Assembly: GCA_964430735.1 (NCBI GenBank)
Contig: CAYSFB010000002.1
Location: 158,027-222,026, forward strand
Source of the DNA: an uncultured Planctomycetia bacterium
GTDB lineage: Bacteria; Omnitrophota; Gorgyraeia; 2-02-FULL-51-18; JAGOUK01
Direction: 5' to 3'
Length of the DNA: 64,000 bases
The position numbers were made by a program, and so were the translations under genes. The notes below the pieces were generated by a model, which did not search any database, was not told the DNA's origin, and saw only the letters and a program-made list of their open reading frames with translations. Shown here piece by piece: positions 1 to 11,700 of the stretch; the first letter of the stretch is position 1; every line of letters begins with the position of its first letter.

Positions 1-174
1 TCGGGAGCCTGGGTCTCTGGATTCGACACCGAAGATCCCGCCGCCAAAAAATTTGGGTCCGTCCTGGCCGCGTGCAAGGCCGAATCTCCCGCCCCGGCCT
101 GCTCCGAAGCAATCGCCGGGTGGAACGCCTCCGTCCGAGGCGCCTCCGCCGAAGCGGCGAAAGCCAAAACCGGC

Positions 175-1071
175 TTGGAACTCTTCTATCTCAGCTTCCA
201 TCCGTTCCAGTGGGCGTGGATGCTGTACCTGGCGGGCTTCCTGTTCCTCGCCTTCGCCGGCCGGCCGGCCTTGAGGCGGACCGGCGTCGGTCTCGTGGTC
301 GCCGCCTGGCTCTTCCACACGCTGGGACTCGGATTGCGCACCGTCATCCTGGACCGCCCGCCCGTTTCCAACATGTACGAGTCGATGATCTTCATGAACT
401 GGGCGCTCATGCTGTTCGCATTCGGATTTGCCGCGCTCCGCCGCACCGCGGCGCCTCTGGCCGCCGGTGCGATCATCAGCGCGCTCATCGAGATCTACGC
501 CAACCTGCTTCCGATCGACCCGTCGATGGACGTGCTCGTTCCGGTGTTGAGATCCAATTATTGGCTCACTGTTCACGTGCTCACGATCGTGGCGAGCTAC
601 GGCGCGTTCGGCCTGGCGATGGCGCTCGGCCACCGCCACCTGATCGCCGACCGCATCCTCAAACGCTGGAACGACAAAGACGCCGACGCGTCCGCGCGGC
701 TGATCCTGCGCGTGATCGAATTCGGCGCGATCCTGATCGGGGTCGGAACGGTTTTGGGCGGGATTTGGGCAAACGAATCGTGGGGACGTTTCTGGGGATG
801 GGATCCGAAGGAAACGTGGGCGCTCATCACGCTCCTGGGTTACCTCGTGATGATCCATCTGCGGTATTTCAAGAAGATCAGTCCGTTCGGGCTCGCGATC
901 GGAACGATCGTCGGTTTTCAGCTCGTACTCTTCACCTGGTACGGCGTCAACTTCGTCCTCGGCCGCGGCCTCCACAGCTACGGCTCCGGCTCCGGCGGCA
1001 TGAACTGGATCCTCTACTACCTCGCCGCCGAAACCCTCTTCCTCCTCTGGGCCCTCACCCGCAAAAAATAA
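175..1071 (+). CDS. ccsA: cytochrome c-type biogenesis protein CcsA/ResC family (heme-handling membrane protein)
   Basis: Translation is polytopic and hydrophobic and contains the tryptophan-rich WWD-type motif WANESWGRFWGWDPKETWAL typical of CcsA/CcmC. Stop TAA at 1069-1071. Confidence 0.75.
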   Translation: MELFYLSFHPFQWAWMLYLAGFLFLAFAGRPALRRTGVGLVVAAWLFHTLGLGLRTVILDRPPVSNMYESMIFMNWALMLFAFGFAALRRTAAPLAAGAIISALIEIYANLLPIDPSMDVLVPVLRSNYWLTVHVLTIVASYGAFGLAMALGHRHLIADRILKRWNDKDADASARLILRVIEFGAILIGVGTVLGGIWANESWGRFWGWDPKETWALITLLGYLVMIHLRYFKKISPFGLAIGTIVGFQLVLFTWYGVNFVLGRGLHSYGSGSGGMNWILYYLAAETLFLLWALTRKK

Positions 1072-1099
1072 ATAGGGACACGTACTATTTAATTTTTTG
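1061..1099. repeat. left REP-like inverted repeat/hairpin of REPtron
   Basis: Perfect 22-bp core TAGGGACACGTACTATTTAATT at 1073-1094 is the reverse complement of 1781-1802. Confidence 0.7.
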
Positions 1100-1747
1100 C
1101 GGGCGTCCTCGCGGGCGCTTCGATATCGTTTGGTTCAAGATTTCTTCGATTTTCTTCACAAAAAGACCGTCCCCGCAGGGCCTGCCGGTTTTGGCAGATT
1201 TTTCAATCTCCTGAACACGCTCGTCGTCTGATTTTTTCAAATAACTTTTCCAATCACGGATCTCTTTATCCAAATAGCAAAGGGTCAAAAGCGGGTCTTT
1301 TCGGCCCAAAACCCGCGCGGACGCGCTGGACCAGGGATACTGTTCCGCCTGTTGTACGATACCGGCCTTTACAGGGTTGTTTTCGACGTATCGGACGGCC
1401 GCATGCAAATGCTTTTCATCCATCACGCAGCTGCCGAATCGCCCCTGCCACAAATATCCCTTCCACTTATTTCGCCGATTGATCATGAGCGAATACTTTT
1501 TATGCGTTGTCCCAAAAACATCGGCCAAGGCATCCGAGGTCTTGGGAACGGCCACGAAGTGGACGTGGTTATTCATCAGGCAATAAGCCCATATCTCAAC
1601 GGTCCGAGCCCGTCTCAGTTCATTAATCAATATGGAAATATAGGCCTTTTTGTCTGAGTCGGAGAAAAAAGTGGTCTGGTTGCGGTTGCCCCGCTGTGTA
1701 ACGTGATGAGGAAAATCTGGGACGATGACCCGGGCTTGTCTAGGCAT
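1085..1747 (-). CDS. REP-associated tyrosine transposase (IS200/IS605-like Y1 HUH transposase, TnpA_REP)
   Basis: 220 aa. HUH motif HVHFVAV. Conserved Y1-transposase-like N-terminus (PRQARVIVPDFPHHVTQRGN) and a YxxxQ-like region (GYLWQGRF). Flanked by inverted repeats. Confidence 0.75.
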   Translation of the reverse strand: MPRQARVIVPDFPHHVTQRGNRNQTTFFSDSDKKAYISILINELRRARTVEIWAYCLMNNHVHFVAVPKTSDALADVFGTTHKKYSLMINRRNKWKGYLWQGRFGSCVMDEKHLHAAVRYVENNPVKAGIVQQAEQYPWSSASARVLGRKDPLLTLCYLDKEIRDWKSYLKKSDDERVQEIEKSAKTGRPCGDGLFVKKIEEILNQTISKRPRGRPQKIK

Positions 1748-1776
1748 AACGTGGGCAGATTAGCACAAAAAATGTT

Positions 1777-1817
1777 CAAAAATTAAATAGTACGTGTCCC
1801 TATTTAATTTTTTTCTC
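1777..1817. repeat. right REP-like inverted repeat/hairpin of REPtron
   Basis: Inverted copy of the 1061-1099 sequence. It encodes the C-terminal KKIK plus the stop codon of tatC. Confidence 0.7.
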
Positions 1818-2525
1818 GAAGAGGCGGGCGACGATCAGGCTGCCTTCGAACAGGACGAGCATCGGGATGCCGAGCAGCATCTGGCTCGCCACGTCAGGCG
1901 GTGTCAGGATCGCGGCGATGACGGCGATCACGACCCAGACGTGGCGCCGGAAGCGCGCCAGCGTCGCCGTCCGGACCAGCCCCATCGCCACCGCCGCTAC
2001 GACCACCACCGGAAAATCAAACGCCACTCCCGACGCCAGCACGATATCCCCCGCAAACGCCGTATATTCCCGGATCGAGATCATGGGCTTGAGCGCATCG
2101 GTCGCGAAGCTCATCGTGAATTGAAGCGAAGTGGGGAGGATGAAGTAATACCCGAACGCGGCGCCGATCAGGAAGAGGCCGGCGGTTGCGGCGGCCCACG
2201 GCAGAACCGATTTTTTCTCGTGCGCGAACAGCGCCGGAGCGACGAACAGCCAGACCTGGGCCGCGATGACCGGCGAAGCGATCGCGACGCCGCAGACCAG
2301 CGACATCTGGATCCGGATCATGAACGCGTCGGACGGGGAAAAAAAGTAAAGCGGGCCTTCGATCGCCCGGCGCGCGGGCTCGGTGATCCAGGCGACCAAC
2401 CCTTCGGAAAAGAACCAGACGGCGGCCGAGGCGGCGGCCACGGAGCCGACGCTCCAGACGACCACGCGCCGCAAATCGTCGAGGTGGTCGCCGACCTTTT
2501 TCTTATTTGGATCGGGAATGGTCAT
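1800..2525 (-). CDS. tatC: twin-arginine translocase subunit TatC
   Basis: Six-TM profile. TatC N-terminal signature HLDDLRRVVVWSV. The first ATG is at 2525; the ORF track extends to an in-frame GTG at 2576, so the start is uncertain. Confidence 0.8.
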   Translation of the reverse strand: MTIPDPNKKKVGDHLDDLRRVVVWSVGSVAAASAAVWFFSEGLVAWITEPARRAIEGPLYFFSPSDAFMIRIQMSLVCGVAIASPVIAAQVWLFVAPALFAHEKKSVLPWAAATAGLFLIGAAFGYYFILPTSLQFTMSFATDALKPMISIREYTAFAGDIVLASGVAFDFPVVVVAAVAMGLVRTATLARFRRHVWVVIAVIAAILTPPDVASQMLLGIPMLVLFEGSLIVARLFEKKIK

Positions 2526-2703
2526 CGGGCGGGCGGGAATCGCCGGAATCGGTGTCCCGGACGTCGTTGAGCGCACGCTTGAAGTCGCGGACGCCTTTAC
2601 CGAGCGCTCGCGCGAGATCGGGGATGTTCTTGCCGCCGAACAGCACCAAAACCAGGAGGAGGATGACTCCCCACTCGCCCATGCCCGGAGCGCTCAAGCC
2701 CAT
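2503..2703 (-). CDS. tatA: twin-arginine translocase subunit TatA/E
   Basis: Short protein with a single N-terminal TM helix followed by an amphipathic helix: WGVILLLVLVLFGGKNIPDLARALGKGVRDFKRAL. Alternative ATG starts at 2682, 2703 and 2718. Confidence 0.75.
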   Translation of the reverse strand: MGLSAPGMGEWGVILLLVLVLFGGKNIPDLARALGKGVRDFKRALNDVRDTDSGDSRPPDDHSRSK

Positions 2704-2714
2704 AAATAAATGGA

Positions 2715-3269
2715 TCATGGATGCAGTATAGCAAGCGGAGGGTTTTTTTGATCGCGGTCGGACAGGATGTACGCGCATCCCGGATCGGGCCACTTCACGC
2801 CGATGAACGGATCGTTCCAAGCGATGCCGACCTCGTGTGCCGGCGAATAGTAGGCGCTCGTCTGATACAGGACGTCGGCACGGTCGCTCGTAACCAAAAA
2901 TCCGTGCGCGAATCCCGTCGGCACGTACAACATCTTCCGGTTCTCCGCCGAAAGGGTCTCGCCGAACCACTTGCCGTACGTCGGCGATCCCGCCCGCAGA
3001 TCGACCGCGACGTCGAAGATCTCGCCGACCACCACTTTCATGAGCTTGGCCTGCGCGAACGGTTCTTTCTGGTAATGGAGTCCGCGCAGAGTCCCGCGAA
3101 CGGATGAGCTGTGGTTGTCCTGGACGAAACGGTGGGAAATCCCCTGGGCGGCGAACAGGTCCTCCCGGTACGTTTCCGCAAAAAAACCGCGCGCGTCTTC
3201 AAACGCGCGCGGTTCGATCACCGTCAGTCCCGATAAGAACGTCGGCCGGAAGATCATCGTCTGAATCAA
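2715..3269 (-). CDS. rmlC: dTDP-4-dehydrorhamnose 3,5-epimerase
   Basis: 184 aa. Cupin-fold RmlC signatures are visible in the translation (RGLHYQ, KLMKVVVGEIFDVAVDLR, YVPTGFAHGF). Confidence 0.85.
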   Translation of the reverse strand: MIQTMIFRPTFLSGLTVIEPRAFEDARGFFAETYREDLFAAQGISHRFVQDNHSSSVRGTLRGLHYQKEPFAQAKLMKVVVGEIFDVAVDLRAGSPTYGKWFGETLSAENRKMLYVPTGFAHGFLVTSDRADVLYQTSAYYSPAHEVGIAWNDPFIGVKWPDPGCAYILSDRDQKNPPLAILHP

Positions 3270-3276
3270 GCCGGTC

Positions 3277-5631
3277 CTAATCGAGGTTGTTCTGCGAATC
3301 GTGATCGTCGTCGATCAGCCGATCCGGGAAGATGCTGCTCGACGCGTTGATTCCGTACGGAGTAAAAATCTCCGGCGTAATGATCGCGTCGATGCGGAAA
3401 ACCTCGGTCGAACCGGATTCGTCCACGGGCTCGCTCTGATGGTACGAGAAGATCGCCTCCAGATTGTACTGCCCGCCGACGACTTCCGAATTCGGATTCA
3501 TGAGATCGCGCAGTCCGGCGACCGAGAATCCGGGGGCGTCGATCACCCGTCCCAAGTTGTCGATCGGGATGAACATGCCGATGAGCCGCGATCCATTGGT
3601 GAACCGGTCTTCAAAAAACGCCGGATGGACGTCGTTGTTCGAGTTGCCGTCGGTGTTGAGCGGGTGGTTCAGGAAGTGATCCGCTCCGAACCACTCGTCG
3701 AGATCCGAAATGCCCTCGGTGTCCCCGGCAAAGTCCGCCGACTGCGGCATGTCGTCTACGCCGGTGCTGACGTTCGCCATGCCGATGTTCTGGATATAGC
3801 TGTAATTGCCGCCGCTCACGACCTGCTTGCCGTAACTGATGATCTCACCGCCCCACCCGGCACCCTGGATCTCGGTCAGCTCCTGGATGCGGCCTTGATA
3901 CCAAAGATCCGTCGTCTCCTCATGCGAATTATCCGTGTAGAACGACCTTTGTTGGAGCGTTGAGTAGTTCTCCGAGAACCGGATGCGGTCGCCGGCCGGG
4001 TTCTTGAATTCGGCATAAAAATTCACCGGGTGCACCGAGGGCATGCTGCCGCCGGAGCTCTCGTGGACGATGTACTGGTCCAGGTACAGGTCGGACAGGC
4101 GGTATCGGCTCCGGTCGTCGAATTCCTCCTTAGTCACCACGTTCAAATAGTCATTCCACGGCAGATTACGCAGCACGGTCTCCCCGTCCAAGTTCTCGCT
4201 GAACCGGACGCCGAACTCGACCGACGTGATGCCGTTCTGGTACGAGCCTTCACCGCCCGCGCGCAGCGTGAGCGAAAGGACCCGAACCAGATCGCTTCCG
4301 GCTTCGTGATAAACGTATTGGTCCGTGCGGACGCGGTTGCCGTGCACGTCGACGAAGACCTTGCCGGTCTGGGCGTCCACGCGCTTGTCTTCGGCCGCGA
4401 TCTCGCTCAAAAAGTCCTGATTGTCGAGAATACTGGCCAGCGACTGACGCAGTTGATCGCGCTCAGCCGAGCGGAGGTCGCGAAGCTGCTGCAGGTCGGA
4501 GCGGGCCGCCGCAACGTCCGTCGCAGTTTCGATCCTGCCCAGGATCTCGGTGCGGTCGCCGCTCACGATCCCGTTGTCGTATCCGGACCGGACACTGACC
4601 TGCTCGAAGTCAAAGCCGCCCGAATAATCCAACCCGTTGGAGAGCAAGTCGGCCTGCGACTGAATCAGCGCGAGCTCAAGGTCGTCCAGCGAATCCCCGT
4701 CTCCATCCTCGTCGTCCCGGACGTCCAAATCCTCCCCGAACGTATCGAGCAGCGCGTCGATCAGGCGGTTGACCGCGTCCTCATCACCTTCCCCAAGAGT
4801 CTGGAAAAAGGTCGAAAGAAATCCGGGCGGAAGCGCGCCGGTTTCGATGCCGCCCTGCGGATTACCGCCGTTGGCGAAGATTTTTTCGAATTCCGCGATC
4901 AGCGCTTCGCGCTCTTCCGGGGTCAATTCCTTGGATTCGGTCGTCGTGCCGTCGCCGGCGGCGGAAGAGGTGTGAAACGCCTCCACGAGCAGCGAGTTGA
5001 TTTCGTTCTCGATCGACGCGAAGTCGACCTTGCCCTTATCGACATAAAGATTGGTCATGATGCCCTGAAGCCCCTGGGCAAAACGAACGACGCTCAGATA
5101 AAACGTGGTGCCGCGCACCGCCGAAACGGCCGTAGGCGTCTTTACCTTAAAGGAGGAGCCGGGGCCGAGCTTATCGACGTCGGCCTTGAGCTTGCCGATA
5201 TTAAGCTTGAGAAGCGTTTGGCGCGTCCTGTCTCCATCCCGCTGAGCTTCCTCGATTGTGAGCTCGCTGTCCGGAAGGATCTGGATGCGGATCTTGCCGT
5301 CAAATTCGATGCGGGCGGAACCGTCGGGTCCGGTGCGGATGACATCAAGCGCGTTGAACCGGTCCCCTTTTTGCACAGCGGTCCACACGTCGGAGTCCGT
5401 GACACGGCGCTCGACCAATCCCGACACTTCAACGGCCGTGACCGACTGAAGATTCGCAGCGGGACGGGACGAAGGCAGCGCAGAAAGATTGGGAGATGCG
5501 GCGGAGGTGCCGGCACCCGTTGCGGCCGTCTGTGCCGTACCGGCGGGGGCAGCCCAAGCAGGAGCTGCGGCGTTCGAAAGCCCGACCAGCATCGCCAGAA
5601 CCAAAGCCGTATTTTTGTGATTAAAAAGCAT
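3277..5631 (-). CDS. large secreted protein with N-terminal FecR-like domain and acidic low-complexity linker
   Basis: Signal peptide MLFNHKNTALVLAMLVGLSNAAAPAWA. FecR-like beta-sandwich segment (RFNALDVIRTGPDGSARIEFDGKIRIQILPDSELTIEE). Long D/E-rich stretch. ATG at 5631 chosen; the track ORF extends to 5700. The opposite-strand ORF 4030..5718 is compositional junk. Confidence 0.6.
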   Translation of the reverse strand: MLFNHKNTALVLAMLVGLSNAAAPAWAAPAGTAQTAATGAGTSAASPNLSALPSSRPAANLQSVTAVEVSGLVERRVTDSDVWTAVQKGDRFNALDVIRTGPDGSARIEFDGKIRIQILPDSELTIEEAQRDGDRTRQTLLKLNIGKLKADVDKLGPGSSFKVKTPTAVSAVRGTTFYLSVVRFAQGLQGIMTNLYVDKGKVDFASIENEINSLLVEAFHTSSAAGDGTTTESKELTPEEREALIAEFEKIFANGGNPQGGIETGALPPGFLSTFFQTLGEGDEDAVNRLIDALLDTFGEDLDVRDDEDGDGDSLDDLELALIQSQADLLSNGLDYSGGFDFEQVSVRSGYDNGIVSGDRTEILGRIETATDVAAARSDLQQLRDLRSAERDQLRQSLASILDNQDFLSEIAAEDKRVDAQTGKVFVDVHGNRVRTDQYVYHEAGSDLVRVLSLTLRAGGEGSYQNGITSVEFGVRFSENLDGETVLRNLPWNDYLNVVTKEEFDDRSRYRLSDLYLDQYIVHESSGGSMPSVHPVNFYAEFKNPAGDRIRFSENYSTLQQRSFYTDNSHEETTDLWYQGRIQELTEIQGAGWGGEIISYGKQVVSGGNYSYIQNIGMANVSTGVDDMPQSADFAGDTEGISDLDEWFGADHFLNHPLNTDGNSNNDVHPAFFEDRFTNGSRLIGMFIPIDNLGRVIDAPGFSVAGLRDLMNPNSEVVGGQYNLEAIFSYHQSEPVDESGSTEVFRIDAIITPEIFTPYGINASSSIFPDRLIDDDHDSQNNLD

Positions 5632-5757
5632 CCGAATCCCCTGAATAGCCGGTTTAATAACGCTGAAAAAGTCTCTGTGGACGATTTGACAAATCGACAA
5701 ATTACCGAACGATTATAGTTCCCCCGGAGGCCGATGACAAGGTGAATTATGGAAAAA

Positions 5758-8700
5758 TTAGGCGGCCTTCGCGACGGCCTGAATCATCCGGCGCATAGCG
5801 TCGAGGAGCCGGCCGACGTTGAGGGGCCGGAATTCAGCTGCCTTTAGATCTTTATAGTAATCCTGCTGCGCCGCCGGATCGGCCGGAGGCAGCGTGAGCA
5901 TGCTGCGATAAAAAGTTTCTGCACCCTTCATAAAAAATCGACCGATCGCCGACAGGGTGATATCAGCCGCCGTTACGGCGTCCGGCGATCCGGCTTTGCT
6001 TTTTACGAAGGCGAGCTGTGTGCCTCTGCCGGCCGCGGCGGGATAGTTGACATAGGGCGAGTTCGAATCGGCTTTGCCGACGGGCGAAAAAACAATCCAT
6101 TTTTCGATTTCAGCCCGGTCAGCCGCCGACAAATCTTTTAACAACTCCTGCACGGCCCCGCCGCTCATCACCACCACACTGTATATTCCTTCGCGGCCGG
6201 CTTTGCGAATTTGTCCCAAAACTTCGGACCGTTGAACATAACCCCGGGCATTCTCATCCGCGCCCGGCTGAACCAACCCTGTAACACGGGTCGTGATCAA
6301 CCTCACCGAGCTCCCGCCCTTTTGACCCGATACCATCCGCCCAAGACTGGCTGCGTTGGCCCGGACCCCGTCCTGACCCCAGTCTCCGATATTCGCGATC
6401 AGCTGCATTCTGATTGCGGTATCACCGGCGCGTGCAAGAATTCCAAGCCAACGATCCAACTTGCGCCCCAACGCGCCGGCAAGCCGGGCACCGGACACCA
6501 GGCGGCCGGCCGTGAACTGCAACTCCGGTCCCGGTACAACCGACGCGGTCCGCGAGCGCTCCATGGACGGCACCACCAAACCAACCCGCCGCGTTCCGTC
6601 CACCGCCAAGCTCAAACGGCTGCCGGCCAAATACCGGCTCGCACCCTCGGCCGCATTCCGCATTCCAGGCCACAACTGGTCCGCCTCTTCAGCAGAAATC
6701 GATTTATCGGGAAGTGTGAGCGCCCCGGCCAAAAGCCGACGCCCGGCCACCGCCAGCCGGGCACCGTCGGGCTCTTTGTTCGACAGCCGGCTGCGAATCC
6801 GCATCAAGTAATCGCGAATGCCTTCCACATTTTGTTGGCGCGAGAGTTTGAACAAGTCCCCTTTTACACGAGAACTTGCCGGCAGCAATCGAGAAACCGA
6901 TCGGATCACATCCTGCAATGCCGCTTCGTCAATCCGGATCAAATGAGTCCTGGCCGGCTTCCTGCCGTCCGGAAGTTCCACACTTCCGCCGATCGAGCGC
7001 ATGTACGACTTGAACTCATCCACGCCGACACGCGAATCCGTTTCCAGCGAGATGGGTGACAGAATTCCGGTAAAAAACGGCTCGTAGGACCCGCCGTTGC
7101 CCGTGATCCGGATCCGGTCGAGCGGAATCTTCGACTGCGCCAGGAAAAAGCTGGATTCATGAAGGTACTTGAAGGCCGCCGTCACAGCCAGCAGGGCGTT
7201 CAAAACCTGCAAGTCGGCAGCGCCCGCCTGAACCCAATCGTCGAGCCTTTCGGCCGCCGGCTCTTCCTCCAACAGATACAGCGCAGATTCTCCTTGCGGG
7301 TGCTCGAACTGGTCTGGATAAATCCTCATTTTGCGCAGCTGCTCTGCCGTCAAACTCAGACTGTCCGGACCCTCCTGGCTCCGGGAGGGGTCGATGCGTC
7401 CATACCTTATAAAATGCGGAAAATATCGGCCGATAACCGATCGGTTGAGAGAATGTTCGGCCAGGAAAATGCCGACCCGCGCCCGCCACAAAGTAAGCGC
7501 CTGATCCTGGAAGAATGTCCGGACCATGCGGACGGGACCGGTCCCGTTTGAAGCGACGGCATTCTGCTCCTCTATGAAACGCAGATCCGGCTTGCCTCCC
7601 CCCGACAGGGACGAGAGTTTCTCAATCCGGGCAGTCAGAACCTCGTCGTACACGGCACGCTCTATCCGATCGGGTCCCATTAAGATCGTGCGCGCGTAGC
7701 GCTCCTTCCGGCCCTCCTCGGACAGATACCTCAGGGTGATGATCATCGTTTGAAGTTGTTCAAGAATCAAGTTCTGGGTCTGATCGGAGCTTTTTTCCGT
7801 CGTCTTCAACGCTTTAATTTCTTGGGCGGATTTTTCGATCTGACCCAGGAGCCGGTCGGCTGTTTGGTAGAGATTCCGCCTTTCCTCGTAGGACCAGGTG
7901 CGGAGTTTGTTGGTGTGGGTGATGGCGCGGTTGGAATCATACCAGAACTCATTCTGCGTCTTCCGGATATCCGACAGGATCAGCGCAGCGCTCCCGGCTG
8001 TTTCGCCGTCGGAACCGAGGAGACGCTCCAGCTCGCGGGCTGCCGCCTGATAACCGTACAGCGCCCCTCCGGGAGTCAGGGCCTGCGCGGTGAGTATGAC
8101 GGTCAGGTGCTGCGCGTTCGCGAGAGCCGTCGTGATCAATTCATCCGCTTGAGCACCTTCCGGAGCCGATACCTGCACAACATCCTTCACCAGGGCTTCA
8201 GGGTCCCATGAGGGCACTCCTTTTCCGTAGGCATGGCTGATCGCGGTCCGATTCAGCCGTACGAGCTGACGCTCATTCACAACTTCTCTCGCAGCGAGAA
8301 ACTCCAGGTCCCGGCGGAGTTGTGACGGCAGCCGATCGCGGCGGGCGGGCGGCAGCCGGCGGATCAGAGTCCGATCGGCCAAGATGACGTTCATCGCTTC
8401 GATCCCCGCCTCGTCGCCGGCGATCCAGTCCGGCGATCCGGGAACCAGGTTGTCGACTGACATCGCCCCATGCAACTTCCCGATCTTCCGGCTGGCCTTT
8501 TTGCCGCGCCCGAATTCCGAGCTGGCAAAAATCGGGTTAAGCACCTTCTCGGCCGCCTGCCGCTCCCGCGCCGGTTCGGGATCCTGAACGATATAAGGCT
8601 TTTTTTCGATGATCTTGATCCACTTTTGGACTTTTTGCGCGACGCCTGTCACCTCAACTCTCCAATCCGAACTGTCGCGGCGGCTCTCCGTAGACGCCGG

Positions 8701-11700
8701 AAATCCGTCGACAAGATCCGCCAGCTTCAACGCAGTCCCGGATTCGTTCGAACGTTTTGGCAGCAGATTTGCGGCGGCGCGCAGCGTCTCGGCCAATAGA
8801 TATTGGGCGGCCGGGCGGATCTCTTCGAGATCCTCTGACCGGACCGATCCCGGATATTCGCTCACAAGAGAACGGATGATATCAACGAGCTGGATCTGGA
8901 ATTCCTCATAAAAATCCTGGTCGTCATCATCCCGAGCCCAGGAGGAGATAAATTCCGTCGACGGATACTCCAGATTGAGCCATGCGCGGACCAGGTGATT
9001 GTAGGCGCTGACGGCTGAAGATGCGGCGATCTCCCTTTGAGCCAGCGCCAGCTGGACAACGGCCTTGATCATCCGTTCCTCCTCCTTGGCGTGGAGCGGC
9101 TGCGCGGCGCGGCTCTCATGGTAGGGGAAACGAAGGATGTCGGCCATCAGGTCATTCAGACGTTCGATCAGCTCGTCCTCAAACCCGCTCCGAGACGCAA
9201 GCCGGGCGCCGTCCGAAGCCCGATCGTCCGGATTCAGAATCTGCTGCAGGCGGGCGACCCATGCTTCATCATCTTCCGGCGCCTCGTACGGCTCTCGAAC
9301 CGACCAGTCAATGCCGTCGATCCAGTCACGGAAGTTCCGGCGCTGAGGCGCCGCAAGAATCCACACCGCTCCGAGAAGTCCCCACATCGCACCTTTGAGC
9401 GCCCCGCGCAGAAGCGTCATGCGTTCCGGCTCCGGCGTCCAGGGCTGCCCCAAATCCACGGCCGGTTCGGCGCCGAACAAACTTACAACCCGCAGCCGGA
9501 TGCTGTACCCGCCGTTTTCTTCGGGATAAAAATGGTGCGGCTCAAGCTTCAACGGCCCCGAGTTTCCTCTCACTTTTGTCATTTTTTCCCGCAGAATAAA
9601 ATCATCCATCGGCAGCCGGCCGGAATCATGGACCCCCATCTGATAGCCATCGATATTCGAAACAAGGAGCCTGGATCCCGCATCACTAAAACTCTCCGCG
9701 GCTTCTTCGGCTCCCACCGGAATCCTTCTGGAGAATATGACCGGTATTTGGATCTGAAAAACTCCGGGTGAACCGATTTCCGGTGTGATGACCTTCCGGC
9801 CGACGATCGGGTTCTCGCGGTTGCGCCGGACGAGCGCTTTTGCCAGACCTTCGGCAGCAGGTCCGGCGACCGACAACACCGCGGGCAAAGCCGTCCACCT
9901 GAAAAATCCCCTTCGACTCATCCTCCCGTCGGCCTCATCTTCATCGAACGACCCTACGCTGCCCGATGCAAGCCGTGCCCCGTCCAACGCTCCGGCCGTT
10001 TCTGCGAGACGCTGTGCCGCATCCGACAGGTCGGTGCCCTTGAATTTTTCTGACACCCGCTTAAGATCGCGCTTCACGTCCAAGGGTATGTCTCCCGCGA
10101 TAGATCGGACGGCAGGTTTCATTCTGCGCTCCATGATCTGCGTCACCACCTCCAACCACAGTCTCGCGTCCGAATCCGTCAAAGCCGCCTCGAGTCCGTC
10201 CGGCTGCGTTCTGGGCCGGCCGGTCTCGGAATGCATCAAGATGACGGGCAGCACGCGGGACCAGGCGTTGATCAAAAAAGGCACTCCCAGCGTGTCCTTC
10301 TCGTCCGCCAGAAGCGCCTGGAGCGCGTGATCCAAAATTCTTTTTTGCGTCCTCCGGATGCTCTGCTTCAGGTCGTCAAATTCCCGAAGCCCGGACATTT
10401 GGTCCAGAGCGGTGATCGCTTCGACAACGACTGGATGCAGCAAAATGACTTCGCTCCGCTTGTGGGTGCTGGCGTTTTTGAGATCGAGCCTCCGGACCAT
10501 GTCGCCGACCGCTTCAACCAACCGCGCGCGCGTCTCGGGCCGGACACCGGGCTTAAGGGACGTCGAGACCGCTAGGCTCACCACCCCTCTCGTCATGAGT
10601 CTGTCGGGCGACAGCGAAACGAGAATCCTCTGATCGGAATCCAAAAGAGCATCAGACCCGGACTCGGCTTCTGCCGGACCGAGCCGCAGCGCCTCGGCAA
10701 TCCAGCCACCGGCCTCCGAGCCGACCGGCACGCCTTCACGTCCGGGCCTGGGCGAGCGTGTCGTTGGATCAAAAAGGATATACCGAAGATAGTTCATCCA
10801 TTCGGCCCGCCGGTCCGGATAGTTCTCAAGATTCCAGTCTTCCGGCATGCCAATATAGCGGTTCTGCACCTCGCTGTTGAGGGAGTTGCGCGCCTTCGCG
10901 TGCTTCTCCACATAGCTCAATAGCTCGTCAGAATCAGGTCCGAGCGGCCGCAATCCGACTTCGAGCGCCGCCTCACCGGCTTCGCGCTGGATGTCCTCAC
11001 TGACGGCGCGCTTGCGGATCTCGTCAAGAATGCGAACCGTCTCGAGCAGCGTATTGGGCGGAAGCGCCACATCCGGATCAGAATAAAAGCGCTTCATCCC
11101 GCGGACCAATCTAAGAAGCGCCTCAGGACCTTCCTTGGATGCAGTTTCCGCTGACAGGCGTTGTTCGACAAGCCGGCGGAGTCGAAGAAGGGTTCCGAGA
11201 GTCGGCTTGGGGTGCAGAGCCACCGACTCGTCGGCGGCCGCATCCAATTCCTGATCGGTGACGCTCTTGATTTTTTCGCCGCGGAAACGGCGGCGCACCC
11301 TGTCTTCCCACAAGTCCGCCTTGGCCGCGACCGGCACGAGCCCCTCAAAGATCGCATGCAGCCGTCCGTCGGCGTCGGTCCAGCTGCGCGTCCGGCGAAT
11401 CTCCCGGATCCGCTCGACGGCGAGGCGGATTTTTTCTTCCGACTGGGACCGGCCTTCCTCATTAACTTTTTCCTGCAAGAGCCTCAGATGCAGCTCTAGC
11501 GCTTTTTCCTCACTCTTCTGAATCTCGCCGGATCCGTCACTGACGTACAACACTCCGCCGATCACACCGCCGCCGAATAACCGGATATCTTCCATCATCG
11601 CGGCGTTGCGCTGCTCCTCCGCCTTGGAAGCCGGCCGGACTTGAGAAATAAAATTCGCCTGCGCATAATCCGGAAGCATGGACGGTGCCTGAAGCCCCGA

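Larger units (their letters stand above)
1061..1817. mobile_element. REPtron: REP-associated tyrosine transposase (RAYT) gene flanked by inverted REP-like hairpin repeats
   Basis: A ~37-bp near-identical sequence (AAAAAA-TAAATAGGGACACGTACTATTTAATTTTT) occurs at 1061-1099 and in inverted orientation at 1777-1817. Each copy is itself a hairpin (AAATTAAATA / TATTTAATTT stems). The repeats flank the RAYT ORF and overlap the last codons of ccsA, the RAYT gene and tatC. Confidence 0.7.
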
